Assembly (NCBI RefSeq): GCF_964355755.1
Contig: NC_092679.1
Location: 7,904,201 to 7,968,200, forward strand
From: Antedon mediterranea
Lineage: Eukaryota > Animalia > Echinodermata
Reading direction: 5' to 3'
Length of the DNA stretch: 64,000 nt
The translations under genes and the position numbers were made by a program. Within the stretch, counting starts at the first letter, position 1; every line of letters begins with the position of its first letter. Below, piece after piece: positions 22,601 to 37,600 of this stretch. Under the pieces are notes generated by a model. That model did no database searches. It was not told the DNA's origin and worked only from the letters and a program-made list of their open reading frames with translations.

Positions 22601-25600
22601 AGCTACGTCACGCCATAGCGACAATGGGAGATGCGGCAATTCACCACGCGATGGAATGTTTAGGGGGCCTAGCGCTTTCTTGTCAAGCTATGAAGTGCGT
22701 GGTTCGTCGCGATCATACTTTGTTGGGGGCCTAGAAAATATAAAAGTTACCGTACCGCCATGGTTCCTAAATATATTTTGAAGATTTTATTTGTTGTTAA
22801 TCAAATATACTTCACTGTTAAATTAATACTGATATTGTTCTAATAATTAACGATTAAAATTATTTTTCATGTATATAGTCCTGATGCGTAAAAAGTGTTG
22901 TAAGAAATGGAAAGTGATATCAATGCGCAAAATTTTGTCTGCTCCTCAAATACTCTCTTGTCATTGGCCAATGTATAGCCTTTGTTACCCAGACGTGTGC
23001 AACTCGACTAAAAGCTCGACTTCATTTAGTCGAACTGCAAACTTCGACTACTTCGTTTTTTAATCGAATTTGAAGTAATAGCTCGAACTACGACTTTTTC
23101 AAGTCGAACTTCGAACTACACCTAAAGTCCGGTTTAAGAATACGGGCGTAAGCCTAATAAATAGCATTTTCATGTTACGATGCGTTGCGCGATAGCCTTA
23201 CTCGTCACAGTGACAAGTTAAAATCTAGTATAGTCTTATTTTGCAATTGTTCAAATTTGTTTGGAATTGGAACACAGGGTACTGTATGTAAAACTGCAAT
23301 TTAAATATGAATTTATTTTTTATTTGACATATTCTTCTTTTTAGTTTCACAATTTTATGTAGTGCTAGAATAGTAGGCCAAATACTAACCCATTCTTTAG
23401 TTCAATAGGTTGTGTCGTCGCGATGTAATATACAGTTTTTGATTAGGATAGCATTTGTCAAGACAAGAGTGCTGTTATTTGTAACGCAGACTCATTATAA
23501 TCAACAGGTTTCCATTGTTTAACACACAGTCCTTCAGAGTATTTCCACAAGGCTTTTATGTCTCTTGTGGACTCTAGTTAGATATTATTTACGCCATCAT
23601 AATCACATCTTCAATTACATAGGCCCTGAGATATGAAAGCATCTCTTTGTTTTAAAGAGTGAACTACTTATTACAGTAAGTGTGCCTCTTACCTTTTAAA
23701 ATTTACCATAAATTTGTTCTTGGGTTTCTATTTCTGTGCTTAGTGTCAATATAAGGTCAACACTAAATGTTGGAGTCATTTTCATGTAAAATATTTAATA
23801 TGCACACACCACTACTACATTTGTTTGTCTTGTGTGGGATCGTCCCCCTTTTTATTTTATTTTATTTTTAAAACTTTTATTATAATACTCTGTTAAAAAT
23901 ATATACACCACTACTACTCGGGTAAATGTTAAAGGGAGATCCTCATAGTCTACTCAGAACAGTATTCTGGTCGTTGGAAAGTCAACCATCGTAACCACCA
24001 AACTAAATCCTATTAATTTCCAAGGTTTATGAATCATATTTGTAAACAATATATTGGTTGGTGAGATAGCCTTGGCAAAATATACTTTCACTTTATATAG
24101 AACAGATAATGATAATCTTGTCTCTTTTTGTCTGAATATAATATTTATTATTTGAATAAACTGTCTTAGGGCCTGTTTCTGCTGCAACTGCTCAAAATAC
24201 GTTATAAAATACGGTATTTTTTATACCGTATTTTTTAGTACCCCGTTTCTGCTAACAATACTTCTTGGGTGGTCGTGTTAAATTTCATCCTTTTTACCCA
24301 AATTTCCAATCATTTATTATTCCTTTATTAAAGTCGTAATAAAGGAAGTTTAAGTTCAAAGCCTAGCCCTAGTGATAGAGATGTTGTGAGAGCACAGAAA
24401 ACATCGTAATGGGGACAAGTAATTCGTTGCCTCCCCGAGTTATTGTCTTTTGCAATGTTGTACTGCTTTCGCAGGCTCTTCAGCTTTGAATTTCCTTGCT
24501 TTGGAGACAAGTCTTTTCCGTACTCCTGCTTTACTTTTTTAGAAATGTCTTTATAAATGTGGTTGTCCCTTTTATTACCTTTTAGTTTGCCGGACATTTT
24601 AGCTCACCCCCTCCTTCCCCACCCCTGCTTCCCCACACAGATTTAAATAGTAAATACTGTGACGTCTTTGCTCCACATTTTTGCCAAATATATCTATACA
24701 CGTGTGTAAAACAGCTGACAGCGACAGAAAATAAAAACACGATGTTGACCTCATGTCGCAGGTTAAAAAAAATACGGTATTTTTTATTGGCAGCAGAAAA
24801 GGGTACAAAAAATACGGTATAAATTTGTAAATGCCGTATTTTATCCACAAATTTTGTGGGAAAAATACGGTATACAAAATACAATATTTTTTTATGAGCG
24901 CAGTTTCTGCTGCCAAAAAAATACGGTATATATACGGTATTCAAAAAATACCGTATAAAATACGGTATTTTCTTGGCAGCAGAAACAGGGCCTTACAGTA
25001 TTTAATTTATCTTGCAATACAGTAGCAACATTCTCTGTTATCCTTATCAAGTCAATAATAATCATTTTACAAAATGTTACTATTTATTGCAGCATTTGAG
25101 TCAGTTCCTCTACAGAGAATGTTGAACTGTTTCACACGGTGTCCACATATACACTCATGAATAGACTATACAATAGCTATGTTTGTTGAATGTCATCAAA
25201 GTTGTACAGGCATTTGAAAACATTTTCAGAATTAATAATGTTGTTTTCTATTTGGATGTTGTGTCATCTTAATAGAAACTTAAGTATCGTACTGTATGAC
25301 TTTATGAGTGAATCTTAAATATGTAAATCTACTTAAGAACATGGGATTAAAGTCAATAAAACTTAATAGCACATTTGCGCAGGTGTAGAGAGCTTGAGTA
25401 AATTCACCGTTAATCATGTGTTGAAGACTATATCTTTTAGAGTAAAAATGACTTTCTTCTTCAGGGGTCTTTATGCCACAGGAAGTCTATAATCTACTCT
25501 TTCGTTGAGTACCGTATGCTTCGCAGTCTGTCTAGCAAATGAGCTTACCATCTTTGAGTTCAAGACCCTTAAAGATGTATTGTCCCTTGAAACACAAAAA

Positions 25601-28600
25601 CTGAAAAAACAAATATTCTAAATTTAAATTGGCCATATCAAAGTAATATTAAAGTTATTCACTTTAAGTCGAAAATTCGAGCCAAAAACAACAAGTTTAC
25701 GTAATTAACAGATAAATTAATTTGATAACATTTCGTCTGGAAAATCGTCACGAGTGAAAGTAAACAAAGATTTCAAACCATTAGTATGCATTATGCATGA
25801 TGCTAATTGGGATTTTTTTTAATTAGTCAAAGGAGGGACAATGCATCTTTTTTTAAGTCCACTAAAATAAGATAAAGTAATTATAAATTTTCATTGACTG
25901 TTATTTAAAAGTATATTTTAAAGTGTTTGGAGTATAGGGTTTAATTACGGAATTCCCTATTGCAAACTAGCCAAGCCTTAGATTAAATGCATTTATAATG
26001 CTCTGTCTACACTATCAAACTTTGTGATGTGCTCATATATGGACATAATGATGTCATAGCACTACCATATTTGGGCATATCCTTTTCATATTTGGGCATA
26101 TCACATTTTTTGTCACATAAAATTTGATAGACTGTGTAGACAGAGCTTTAGAAACAATGACCTAGTTATCCCATAGGAGAGTAGCAAGAAGTTGTGGAAG
26201 GAAACAAAGTTGAATTGGTTAACTAAACTTATATCCCATGTGTCACTCACAGGTTTCATGTTAATATTCAACACAGTGAATGTTGCCTATGGTATAAAAG
26301 GAAAATGACTAGATTCAGAGTGTATTGATACACCAACTTTATTCACATCATCATCATACATAAATAGTACAATACAATATGTATGTGTGAAAAGGAGCCA
26401 AAAAATAGCTTTCGCTATAAAATACAAGATTACTACATTCTTAAATACTGCTCCAGGCTTGGCATTTGTGCAGGTCAAAATAGTAACAACAGGCTGTTTT
26501 TACATCTGCCAAATGGATATTTTCATTGACTTGAATTGAAAATGAATAAACCGTTATCTTTTGATACTTTAAATTCCAAAAAGTTTTTTTTTTTACTATA
26601 GTATAATCAGGGAAGAGGGTAATTCTTCCCCTATGATAAATAAATAATAAACTAATTAATTGGTATACCACAATATGATTACAATATTATTATTTAGGCC
26701 TTTTGATTAACCACTAAACAATTAATAAATCACTATAATTTATTGTTATCGAGATACTGTGTATAATAATAATAATCCAAAATTCATATATTGATTTGTT
26801 TTATTAATTTTTTTTCATTCTCATCATCCAAGTAGAAGTGATATATACATGGTTCAGATCCATGTCTACCTACATACAACATGTTATTTATTAAGGATAT
26901 TGTAACAAAGAGCTATAAACTTTCATTTACCATGAAGTTAGCTTGTAACTGACTTGCAAAGTGTTCACTTTGATCTTAAGCCGGCTGCCACACTTGGATG
27001 TGGATAGTTAACTTCTATAGGCATGAAGAATCTTCCCATGATGTCGGCAAGAAGCACAGAGATTGAGAATGAAACAAAACAATGCCTTATTCATACCATC
27101 AGTTATGCAAAACAGACACCCAATAAATCTTACTGGATTGTATTTAACCAAACTTATCAGAGTAGTTACTGTTAGTTTAATCTCAATTAATCATGAGGAA
27201 TATCTGTTCAATATGCTGATTTTATCATCACTTCATTGTTTTTATGGGTATATTATGTGGTTTATTAGGTTTGCAATCAAAGGTCATTCACCTCTACTCA
27301 TTAAAGTAATATTATTCATCTAATGTGAAAGAAATTTAACATAGGTTTCTTAACAAATGGTTACCAATTGAAATTGCTGTGTTTATGTAATTTCTAATAA
27401 ATGCCAGTCGTCACACATTAATTATATAATTTGTAACTTTATTAAAACCAGATTTTGTGAAAATTTCTGATACTTTGAAAGAAATGAGTTTCTTCTTGTC
27501 GGTAAAAAATGTTAATAAATGAATTTTAAAGTTGATTATTTGAATGGTAAAGCAATAAGGTGGTAAATTCACATTAATAGGTCAGGAAGCATGCTTACCT
27601 TTTGGATGGGGTCAATATTTTATGAGCACACCCGCTGTTAATTAAGGATAATTAGATCAAAAAAGTGAAAGTACATAATCTTAAACTACTTATTTATTGG
27701 CGTCTTCAATGTATCCTCTATTGAATCATTGTTCAACTCACAAAAACCACTATTATGTACAGTTATTTACTTTATTTATTTGGTCTACCAAATGAAGATG
27801 TTTATATTTATTAGCTGTTGATTGTATGTTAATTTTAGGTTTACATAATCAGGTCATTCATGTATGTTTTATTTATCATTATGCATTAGAATATACTGTA
27901 TTAATGTGTTTCTAGATGATGGTTGTCGTATGTTTTATCTATCAGTATCATTAAGGGCTAGCTAGATTGTGTTTGATTGCATCACCATTAATTACAGACC
28001 ACTCATACAGTCTCATCATGTCAGACAAGATAATTAATAATAAAACAATTCTATGATTCCTATCATAAATCCATACATTAAATTACACCACAGAATCTTT
28101 CCTCAACTGATCAAGGAGGTATCTAGACCTACACCACAGAATCTTGTCTTTGAAGGAAGTATAATTCTGGTCTAGACCTACACCTGCCTGATTTCTCTTT
28201 AACATATGTGGTCTTGTCTAAAGGAGTCATTGAATGTTGATGGTTAAATCATAAACCATGGTAGTAACAATCAAATTCAATAATGCATAGAGAATAGATC
28301 TCAGCTATTACAGTATTTTGTTTGAGTAAACTTGTATCAAAATTACATATAGTAGACATGTTAATCCAACACAATAAAGAGCATTCATTTACTATCCACC
28401 TCTTCCATCCAGTTAGGTTACTACTACTAATTATGTATTTTACTACTACTGTGTAAATGAGATGCTTCCCTTTCAATCCCAAGGTCCAGGGTTCAATCCC
28501 TAACATGGTTCCAGGGTTCAATCCTGACATAGTGTAGTGCCATGGTTTCTACTCCCTAAAGCCTCAACTTAAATGAGATTTTATAATATTAAAATTATAT

Positions 28601-31600
28601 ATAGTTTATAAGCATTTCTGTACATCCCATAATTGGTGACTTGCTGTTGGATGTGTATGATTCATGAAATAAAAATGTGTGAAAAACGCTTTGTATGCTT
28701 GATAAAATGTATCTTACTAGCCATACATTAGCAATACTGTAGGTTATTTCCTATGTTTTTTACATTCTGTCTTTAATCTGTGATGCCATACATTATCAAG
28801 GTTTCGTACAAACTATTCCTTCTTTAATCTCTTATACCCTTAGTGATCTTTAAGGGAGAGAGGCTTGTTTTGTTTCTTATTAATTAATTGTCAACTCTAC
28901 CTCAATTCTATGTTCCTGTAGGAATTTGTGATTCAGTTCCTCTCATTTTTTGCAGCATGAAAAATGGAGAGCTTTCGAAAAATAAGAAATATACTGAGAG
29001 AATGAAGCCCTATAATCAAATATGATACTACCTTACATACAAACTGTTCCAACAAGTTATACAGACTAGTCTTTAGTAGAAAAGTTCTTTGTAAGTTAGT
29101 TTAGTGGCGACAAATGGGTTTCTTTGAACGGTACAAATACAACTAAAACTTGTTTTTGGAATTTTTCTTTTGGTAAATTCATTGTTGGTAACAATAGTTA
29201 TTATAATAACAGTATAATAACATAGGCATTATATAAAGCCTTCAACAAAAATACTGTACTTATAACTATTAGTATAAACCAGAATCAAGAAAACACAATG
29301 GTTAATCTTGGGTTTTGTTGATTCTTTGAGTAATCACTTGGAAAGATAAGTTTGTGAAGCCTGCTGACTTAGGAGATTAATCTTGGTGTATTTTAATACT
29401 AACTAAATATGGGTTAATCAGTAATCACTACTTTGCCTTTTTAAAGCTTAATTAAGCAGTTTTTACTTTCATATGAAAAAAAGGGGATAAAAAAATAGTT
29501 GAACTCTTTTCAGCACTATTTTATAACATATTCAATGACCCTATCAAATACACTATGGACCCATTATTCTTGCAAATCAATTAAATGTGAATAAAGGGGC
29601 TAGGATTCAGTGTAAATATTCAATAAAATCAGCAATATTTGTTAAAATCCCTTGATACTTATAAATCAGTTATGTTGCTATAAAGCGGTTAGACTTGATA
29701 CTTCTGTCTCTGTTTAAATCCAGGAAACCTCAAATACTCAGAAAACATTGAATGGTTTGTTGTAATAAAAGTATAGTGTCCATTCAGATAATATTAATTA
29801 CGATCTTATAGAAAGAGAAAAAGCTCTCTGTGTACAATTAATTAAAGCTACTAACAATGATTAACTACTAACACTATACTAGCATTAACTACAGTAAATG
29901 CATGCATATAGGAATATTACAATTATGTATTGAATTAATTATTATTGAGTTAATGTATTGTCATTAAGTTCTATTTCATTATTTACCCTATTATTATGTT
30001 AACATATTCACAGGTAGTACATTACGTGTATAATTAAGTTACTATTGAGACTAGGACAAATCAAATACAGATGCTTGTTAATGTTAGAATCAAATACAGA
30101 TGTTCTTTATAACATCAGGCTATCCCATTAATGCAGGATGAGGATCATTTAATTGTAGTCTGTTCATGGTCATTTACTTGACCATTGGTCAATGATATGA
30201 TGAAGTACAGCAGAGTTTTGATAACCAAGGGCCTGTTCGTAGGGGTTGAAAATACCAGCTTATTCCCGATTTCCGTTCGCGTGATCCAATTAACTTTTGC
30301 CTCAGGCTACAAAAAATTCGAGGTAAAATGTTCACCAAACTTGCAGGTTATTTCAGCGATAATCCAATTATACTCGGCCTACCCTGCCTAGGCCCGTCAT
30401 TTCTCCTACGAAGCTCTTCCATACACGCTTCGAGAGCGATCGTCAGCTGGTGCTGTCCTTGTTGGTGTAGACCGCTTAGTAGGCCTAGCTGGTCGGGGAG
30501 CCGCTGGTCGGTGGTGTTTCCGTCGTGTAACATTGGGCTCAAATTCTTCGTCAATGAGTAAAATAATGGTCGTCAGGAGAAGGCATATTTCGGCAGGATT
30601 ATCGGCGTTAAGAGGCATAAGGTTTGTCGCAAGGATAAGCAGTGTAAAAGGTAGCAAGTAATTGTTATTGTAAAGAAAGATCGCGAGTAAAAAATATACA
30701 ACACGAAACTAGCGTGCGAAAATGGGGTCGTAGGTTGTAAAGACAACTGACCTTAAAACGTAATTTCCGGTTTGTGATTCGTCGATTAAGCATTTAAGCG
30801 GTTAAATATTTCAAGTACGAACAACGCTCAATTTATAACCCGAGGCATGGGTGAAATTAAGCGCTTATTTTAACCACCGTACGAACACGACCCAAGTCTA
30901 GTTTCAATACTAAAAAAAATGGAATTGGATCAACTCAGAACATTGATTTGATACACAGAGTGTAAAATGAATAATGCAATTAACTAATGTTGGCTTTCTT
31001 GCATACAGTATTATTTTAGTGATTTCCCTAATGATAAAGACAAACTTAAATTCTTCATAGTACCTATACTTGAGAGACTGTACTCAAATGTCTGATAATT
31101 TACTCAAGTCCAAACTTGAAACTGTACTCAGATGTATGTTGATTTTTCAATCATAGTAGTAAAGTCTGTATTCAAATGATGATTTTCCTATTTACTACCA
31201 AAAATGTTGTTTTTCATTCCAACTTTCAGTCAATTAATAGGTCTCCTTGTTTATAGTATTAATTGATGTATCAGCAATTTTGTCAGAATTTGACATTGAC
31301 CTTAAGAATTAAATAGTTGTCAGGACAGGTTATGTTATCCTTGACTTTAGTCTACCACCACACACATGTAAATTCTGATCATTTTTAAAAGGGAATCTTT
31401 ACTATAAATAGTTGAACCCCTATTTGAAACCAGACTGAAGGAAATTAAATTTTATATTTTATTTGAATCTGTCTTCATTGCATACTTACTTGGGATGCTT
31501 GGTAATTGACCCTTCAGTTCTTAAATAAAATAGCGTTCTCATCTTAACTGACAATATTTTGAAAGTTAATTTCTACAATTCATTATGTATCTTGTGTTAA

Positions 31601-34600
31601 TTTAGACAAAAAAAATATAATAACGTACATTGTTTCTAACTAATTTGATAAAATCCACATTGTACTTTTACTATACTTGTTAATTATTGTAATTTACAAT
31701 AATTACTGATATAAGAATAGCCTGCCTATAGGTGTTGTTTATAGAGGATTCACTCAATTAGCCACCTCATTAGGTGTGGGAAATGTAATTGAAGTTTTAA
31801 TTGAATTTTCCGTTTACTTTAAATTTAATTAAAAGTTAAGATGACGGGGTTGGGTTTCTTGATGTCGTCTCAAATTTATTTACTGTGATTATTAATCATA
31901 ATATAATTGAATTATAAAATACATTCATTTCCTATTTAATCACCTGTCATTTTTAACATATCAAGCGGTACAAAAACTACAGATATTAAATTAAAGAAGA
32001 GTTTTATTTTAGAAATGTAGTGAGCTAAGAACAGTACTAAATTTACCATCAGCTCTTCAATTAAGTTTTTGATATTATATAAGGTATAACTAACTTTTGA
32101 AGGTTATTATAATAAGTTTAAGAAGATTAAATGGTAACAACAACAATATATAAGGTTTTACTTTTTATTGAACCAAAAAAAATGGTAAATACCTTAGTTG
32201 ACTTTTCGTTGACTGTCAACTTTTTCATTCAAACTACTGTTTGGAATAATTTTCCACTTTATAATATTTGGAACCAGATGAATTTATTTAATAATATAGG
32301 GTTTAGCTTTTTTTAAAGATGTATTGTCCCTTGAAACACAAAAAATGAAGGTCAAAATATTATAAATTTAAATTGGCCATATCAAAGTAATAAAGTTATT
32401 CACTTTAAGCTGAAAATTCGAGCCAAAAACAACACGTTTACATAATTAACAGGTAAATTAGTTTGATTAAATTTTGTCTGGAAAATCGTCACGAGCGAAA
32501 GTAAACAAAGATTTCAAACCACCAGTATGCATTATGCATATGCTAATTAGGATTGTTTACAACTCGTCCTGGTTGAGAAGGTGTTTTCACACAGATCGCG
32601 AGGAAGTTTTATGATATGCATACAGAGTAGCCAAACAAGTGCATTGCATTATGGGATATGTTTTGATTGAAAACAAAAACGTCTGTATTTCAGTTGAATT
32701 ATTTTTTTTTCAACTAATTTTTGGTGAAAGTTAATAACTATTATGATACTTCAAAATAACCCACCTATTTTCGAAATCTTTTATTTTTTATTTTTTTTGG
32801 AATTCGTCAAAGGGACAATACATCTTTAAACATATTTATGTTAGCAATGTATTATGGATCACTCAACTTAAGTTTAATGTGCTTTTGAAACATGTTCATA
32901 AGCCTATCCCAAGGAAGGAAATAATGATTTATTTTATACTGACTGTAATAACATTAGTAAAATAGGTTTTTTATGGGTAAGGTAATATAATATCTATTTC
33001 AAAAATACATCCTACAATTTGTTGTAAAAGTTTCTAATTGATTCAATATGAAATGAATTATTAAAGGAAGACAACTTTAGCCAAAGAGTGAAATAAGAGG
33101 AAGGAAGCCCACACAAAGTTCATTTAACATTGATTGGATATTTATATAACAATGTAAATATATCAAAACAATTAATATACTCCTATTGGAGGAAACATGT
33201 AATTTGGTAAGATACAAACCAGTGAAACTCAAATTGGCCTTGGGGTTTGCAAACTCTTTCATATACCTTGTTTATTTTTACATGTGGATAGACATTCATT
33301 TGTTAGTTTACTTTTACACTTTATTAATCATCAACTTCCAGTTAATTTTTTTTTTAAGAACCTTGAAAAAGCTTTATTGGAAATGGTATAAAATATCTGA
33401 CTCAACTTTTCCACTAGTTTTCAAGAACATTTTGAACCCATTTTGTACTATATGAGAAGTTAGCATTTCTAATATACAGTATTTAAGAATCGTTGACATT
33501 GTCAAAATGTAATACTGTTTGGAGGAGGATATTAAATTTGTCGTCATTCTTTTATTAGCCATTTTCAATACTACTACAAGTTGGGAATACATTGCATTTT
33601 TGTTACAAGAGTGATACATAAATCTGTTACTGTCAGTAAAGAAATGATACATTTATTTGTTTGTTGATTTGTGGTCTATTTCATCCTTTGTCCGGAAATA
33701 ATTTATCATACCGTCACTACTAAAGACATAAATCTTAAAAAAGAAGGCTTTTGTTTTAATCTTTTAAATCGTACAAACACAGACACAAAGTTTCATTTTC
33801 TGATATAAATATGTGATAAAAAAATAACAATTTTTCTCTGTCTGATATTAAATTATGTTCTAAATAAACAAAATATATGGAGTATACATTGGCTTATTGT
33901 TTGGGAGTTAGTATTAAGTGACTATAGATCCTTCAATTATGCCTTTTTTATGCTATTTAAATAAAGAGCAATTATATCTAAGTAGCATTAACCCACCAAT
34001 GTCTTGGGAAAACAGAATGTGGGGTTACAGCAACAGTAATGTCTGTTTATTTGAGTATCACCACCAATGAAGATTTTAGAACTGAACTTATCTAAACATC
34101 TACAGGCAGTACAACAGATGGTACTGTATGAGATGTCTAAGTAGACCCCAAGGGTGTTAATTAGGGATTTCAAATTTCCTTTTTTGGTTCATTTGCTTGA
34201 AAAGAGACATTTTAATTTATTGAGCATAAATAAATATAAAATGTTGAAGAGAGTTAGGCACCTCTATGAATGTCTTCACTTCTTATTTAAAAACTTTAGT
34301 TACATTATTGAGGTTTAATTTAATATTAAACATTACATTCCAAATAAATATATTTATTAAAGTAATTTCATTTTATGTAGTACTAGTAATTTCATCTTAT
34401 AATTTTTTGAAGTATTTTTTATTTCTTTATTCTGATATAAAATCAATAGGATAAATACACAAAAAAGTACCGAGACGGCAAACTTATTTCCATTGTATAC
34501 TTTTTTTTAGATTTTAAATTAAAAGTTTAAATAAAATTGCATATGAAAACAATGAACAGTAGTACAGGTGTGAAGAGAGAGTAGGGTACTGGGTTAATTC

Positions 34601-37600
34601 TATTGTGGATGATCAAATGTTGTGGTGACGTCAATATGTCTGAATGTGAATAGGAAGTGGTGAGAACGCCTAAACAGATTTTAGATGATGGTTTATTACT
34701 GATGTTTGGTTATAATTTTATTCCATCAACGAACCAACCAATAGTATTTGGTTTTGAAATGGTTTTCTATTCTGTTACAACTTGGAGAAAACCACTTTAT
34801 ACCAGAAGAATTATAGTCTGATTGATGTCTCCTTGTATTAACGAATTGAAACTAAAATCTCAAATGATGTTTCATTCCAGCAGTTTTATGTTGATTACTA
34901 ATACAGACTACCATTACCTCCATGCTCTCTACCATACTGTACTTAATATAGCAACCCCACATTGTAATGGAACAGTCCAATCTGTAACTGCCAATGGTTG
35001 CTTATCTGTAGTTTGCTGAAATGAGATCTTATACCCTACTATCATTTGAGATTTGAGTTTCAGTTGGTTAATACATACAAGGAGATATATAACTGAACAT
35101 CAATTGGATTATAATTCTTCTAAATCAATTTGTTACTATCATTTGAATTATAAGGATAATATATAATTTCACAACAGGTAAGGTTTCATCTGCTTAATTT
35201 GTTTGATTCGCCACTTTCTTTTCACTACTTTTTAAAGCTTTTTTATTTAATGCTAGTTAATAATAAATATTCTTTTGAGATTTATTTTCACTACTGTATT
35301 TAGAATTACTGGTATTCATTAGAATTAAAAACGTAAATTTTCATCTTTGTGTGATAAATTAATTAATTGTGTTAATAAACATTTTTCTTTTTTTTGGTAA
35401 ACTCGATGAACTTATTTATCATGTTTTGCTCATTCACCCTAAAAGAGGAAAATGAAAGTTGTGTCTGGCTTTTATGAATCATGAGATCTTCCAGTTGGTT
35501 AGAAGGTTGTTGAATTTAGCACAGAATGTGTTTGTAATCAGTGATAATGTGGTTCAAATGTTACAGATTATGTATCAGGATGGATTGGATTTAAGTTTGG
35601 TTCATAGGACACTCTCTCAGATTAAGTAATGACTTACAGTACTACTAGCTTAAAAAGAGGTAATAAATAATTTGTCTGCAATCTCTATGGCAAAACAAAG
35701 CACATTGTTCAGTAGTCGTTTTTCAGAATTGCTGAATTTTGTGGCAGTTTAAGATTCTTCTAGAGAAATTAGCTGAACAAAACATATGATCTTTGTACAT
35801 TTTTAAAACATAGATTCATTAATTCATAACTAAAAAATTCTTTCATTCTTTGTAGAAATTCCTACATATATACACCAAGTATTAACTAAAAAAATTCAAC
35901 TTTAAAAATCTAACCAGTGCTTCCTGTTTTAAGTTACTTTCTTAAATTAGATTTGTTCCTTTTCTTTCTGGTTTCCTGTAATTCCAGTCACCCATTTATT
36001 TTGCTAATTACAATGTTTATTTTTAGACAATAGGGATGTTTATATGTATATTATTACTTGCGGTTTTTAAACCATACTGTACTGTATAAATTTAACCCAT
36101 CATTGTTTATAATTAAATATTTTAATTCTGCTATTTGTTTATGGAAAGTATGATGTAACTTTGAAATATGAAGTTCAACCAATCACCTATTTTAGGATTC
36201 ATATAGATAATATTAACAAAGATACTGTACAGTATTAAGATGTTCACAACAAACTCTTAACTATCAAAATATCCTCATTCATACAATGTAAAATATTTAT
36301 GTAATACATCTAAAAAAAAAAACATTTTACCCAGAAATTGAGAAAAATGCCATCCAATTATTGTTTTTAAAATTTGCAGCTAGACCTTGTTCAATGACCT
36401 CCCACCACCAGAACTATGCCAATTGCCAAATGTACACACTCAATACCTGGGTATATGAATGACATAGGCTAACAGGAATGCTTCAGAACACAAAAGAGCC
36501 ATTCAATCCAAGTAGTTCTCATCTCAACTTAGGGTTGATTAAGTTTCTTTAATTTGTAATAATATTATTGTTAATTAGTTTGTTCATTCAGCCGCCATGC
36601 GGGTTTTTTTAGCGTTTGTTGACACGAAGTAGGTGTATTCAATTGTTCCGGTACTCAACCACAGAACTACATTAAAACATTTTACATCCATGTAAATCAT
36701 GGACTGATATCATGTGGTTTATTTATTATTAAGAATAAGAGTTTCTGATGACCAGGACATATGATTGCTCACTTTAAAAAAAAAATTCCCTTTATTATGT
36801 TTTTAAGAAAATTCTTACCAATTTGTTGGTTACTCTCTTAAATAACAAAGAATCTCACAGCTCATTTCACATTCCATTGTAAAGGCTAAATTCCATGATC
36901 CTGGAAAATAACAATTCCATTATTATTATTTTAATAATCTGTTATATACCCTGGATATTTGTCTGATATGTTAACCAGATGCACCCTACATAAAGGAAAA
37001 GGTGTGAGTCATATTTGGGGTTCGTTTAGTAACTCATTCTTGTCGTATTGCTTTGCACTCAATATGATATTACTGTACTAAATTTTAAAACTTTGTTTAT
37101 ATTAAAAAAATCTGCATATTTTGTATGCATAATATTATTAAAAGATATCTTTCAAACATCTTTTATGCATATTTAATACTACAGTATTAATAGATCATTG
37201 TATTACTGCTGGTATTTTTACTGCAACTGTAATTTTCTTTTGTGACTTTGTTTCTAATCAATTTTTACAAAATTAATATCCATTGCAATCATTAAATTTA
37301 ACAGAATAACGGACATAAATTTTGTTTCTCCATTTCAAACAGATTTAACTCAAGATGGTGAAACTGTATTCAAATTTAGTTCACCGTCTTTGAAATTTGC
37401 AGATGAAAGTTTCTGTGGATTTAATGCCACACCTGTGAAAACTGAAAAGTTCCTAAATTTGACTACCCCCAAAACGGCAACGCCTGGAAAAGGACGTTTG
37501 AGAAAGCTCAATCCTTTGAACTCCAAAAAATTTAAAAGGTAAGTTCAATTTTTTCTTTGATTGACATGTATTTATACCAGAAGATCCACACTGAATAACA

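Noticed and set aside
24582-25025. ORFs of 120, 105 and 64 aa
   Set aside because: Translations of subterminal aaatacggta repeats of the Harbinger-like element.
36590-36610. GC hairpin plus T-run resembling a rho-independent terminator
   Set aside because: Eukaryotic intron, weak stem, no upstream Pol III gene visible.
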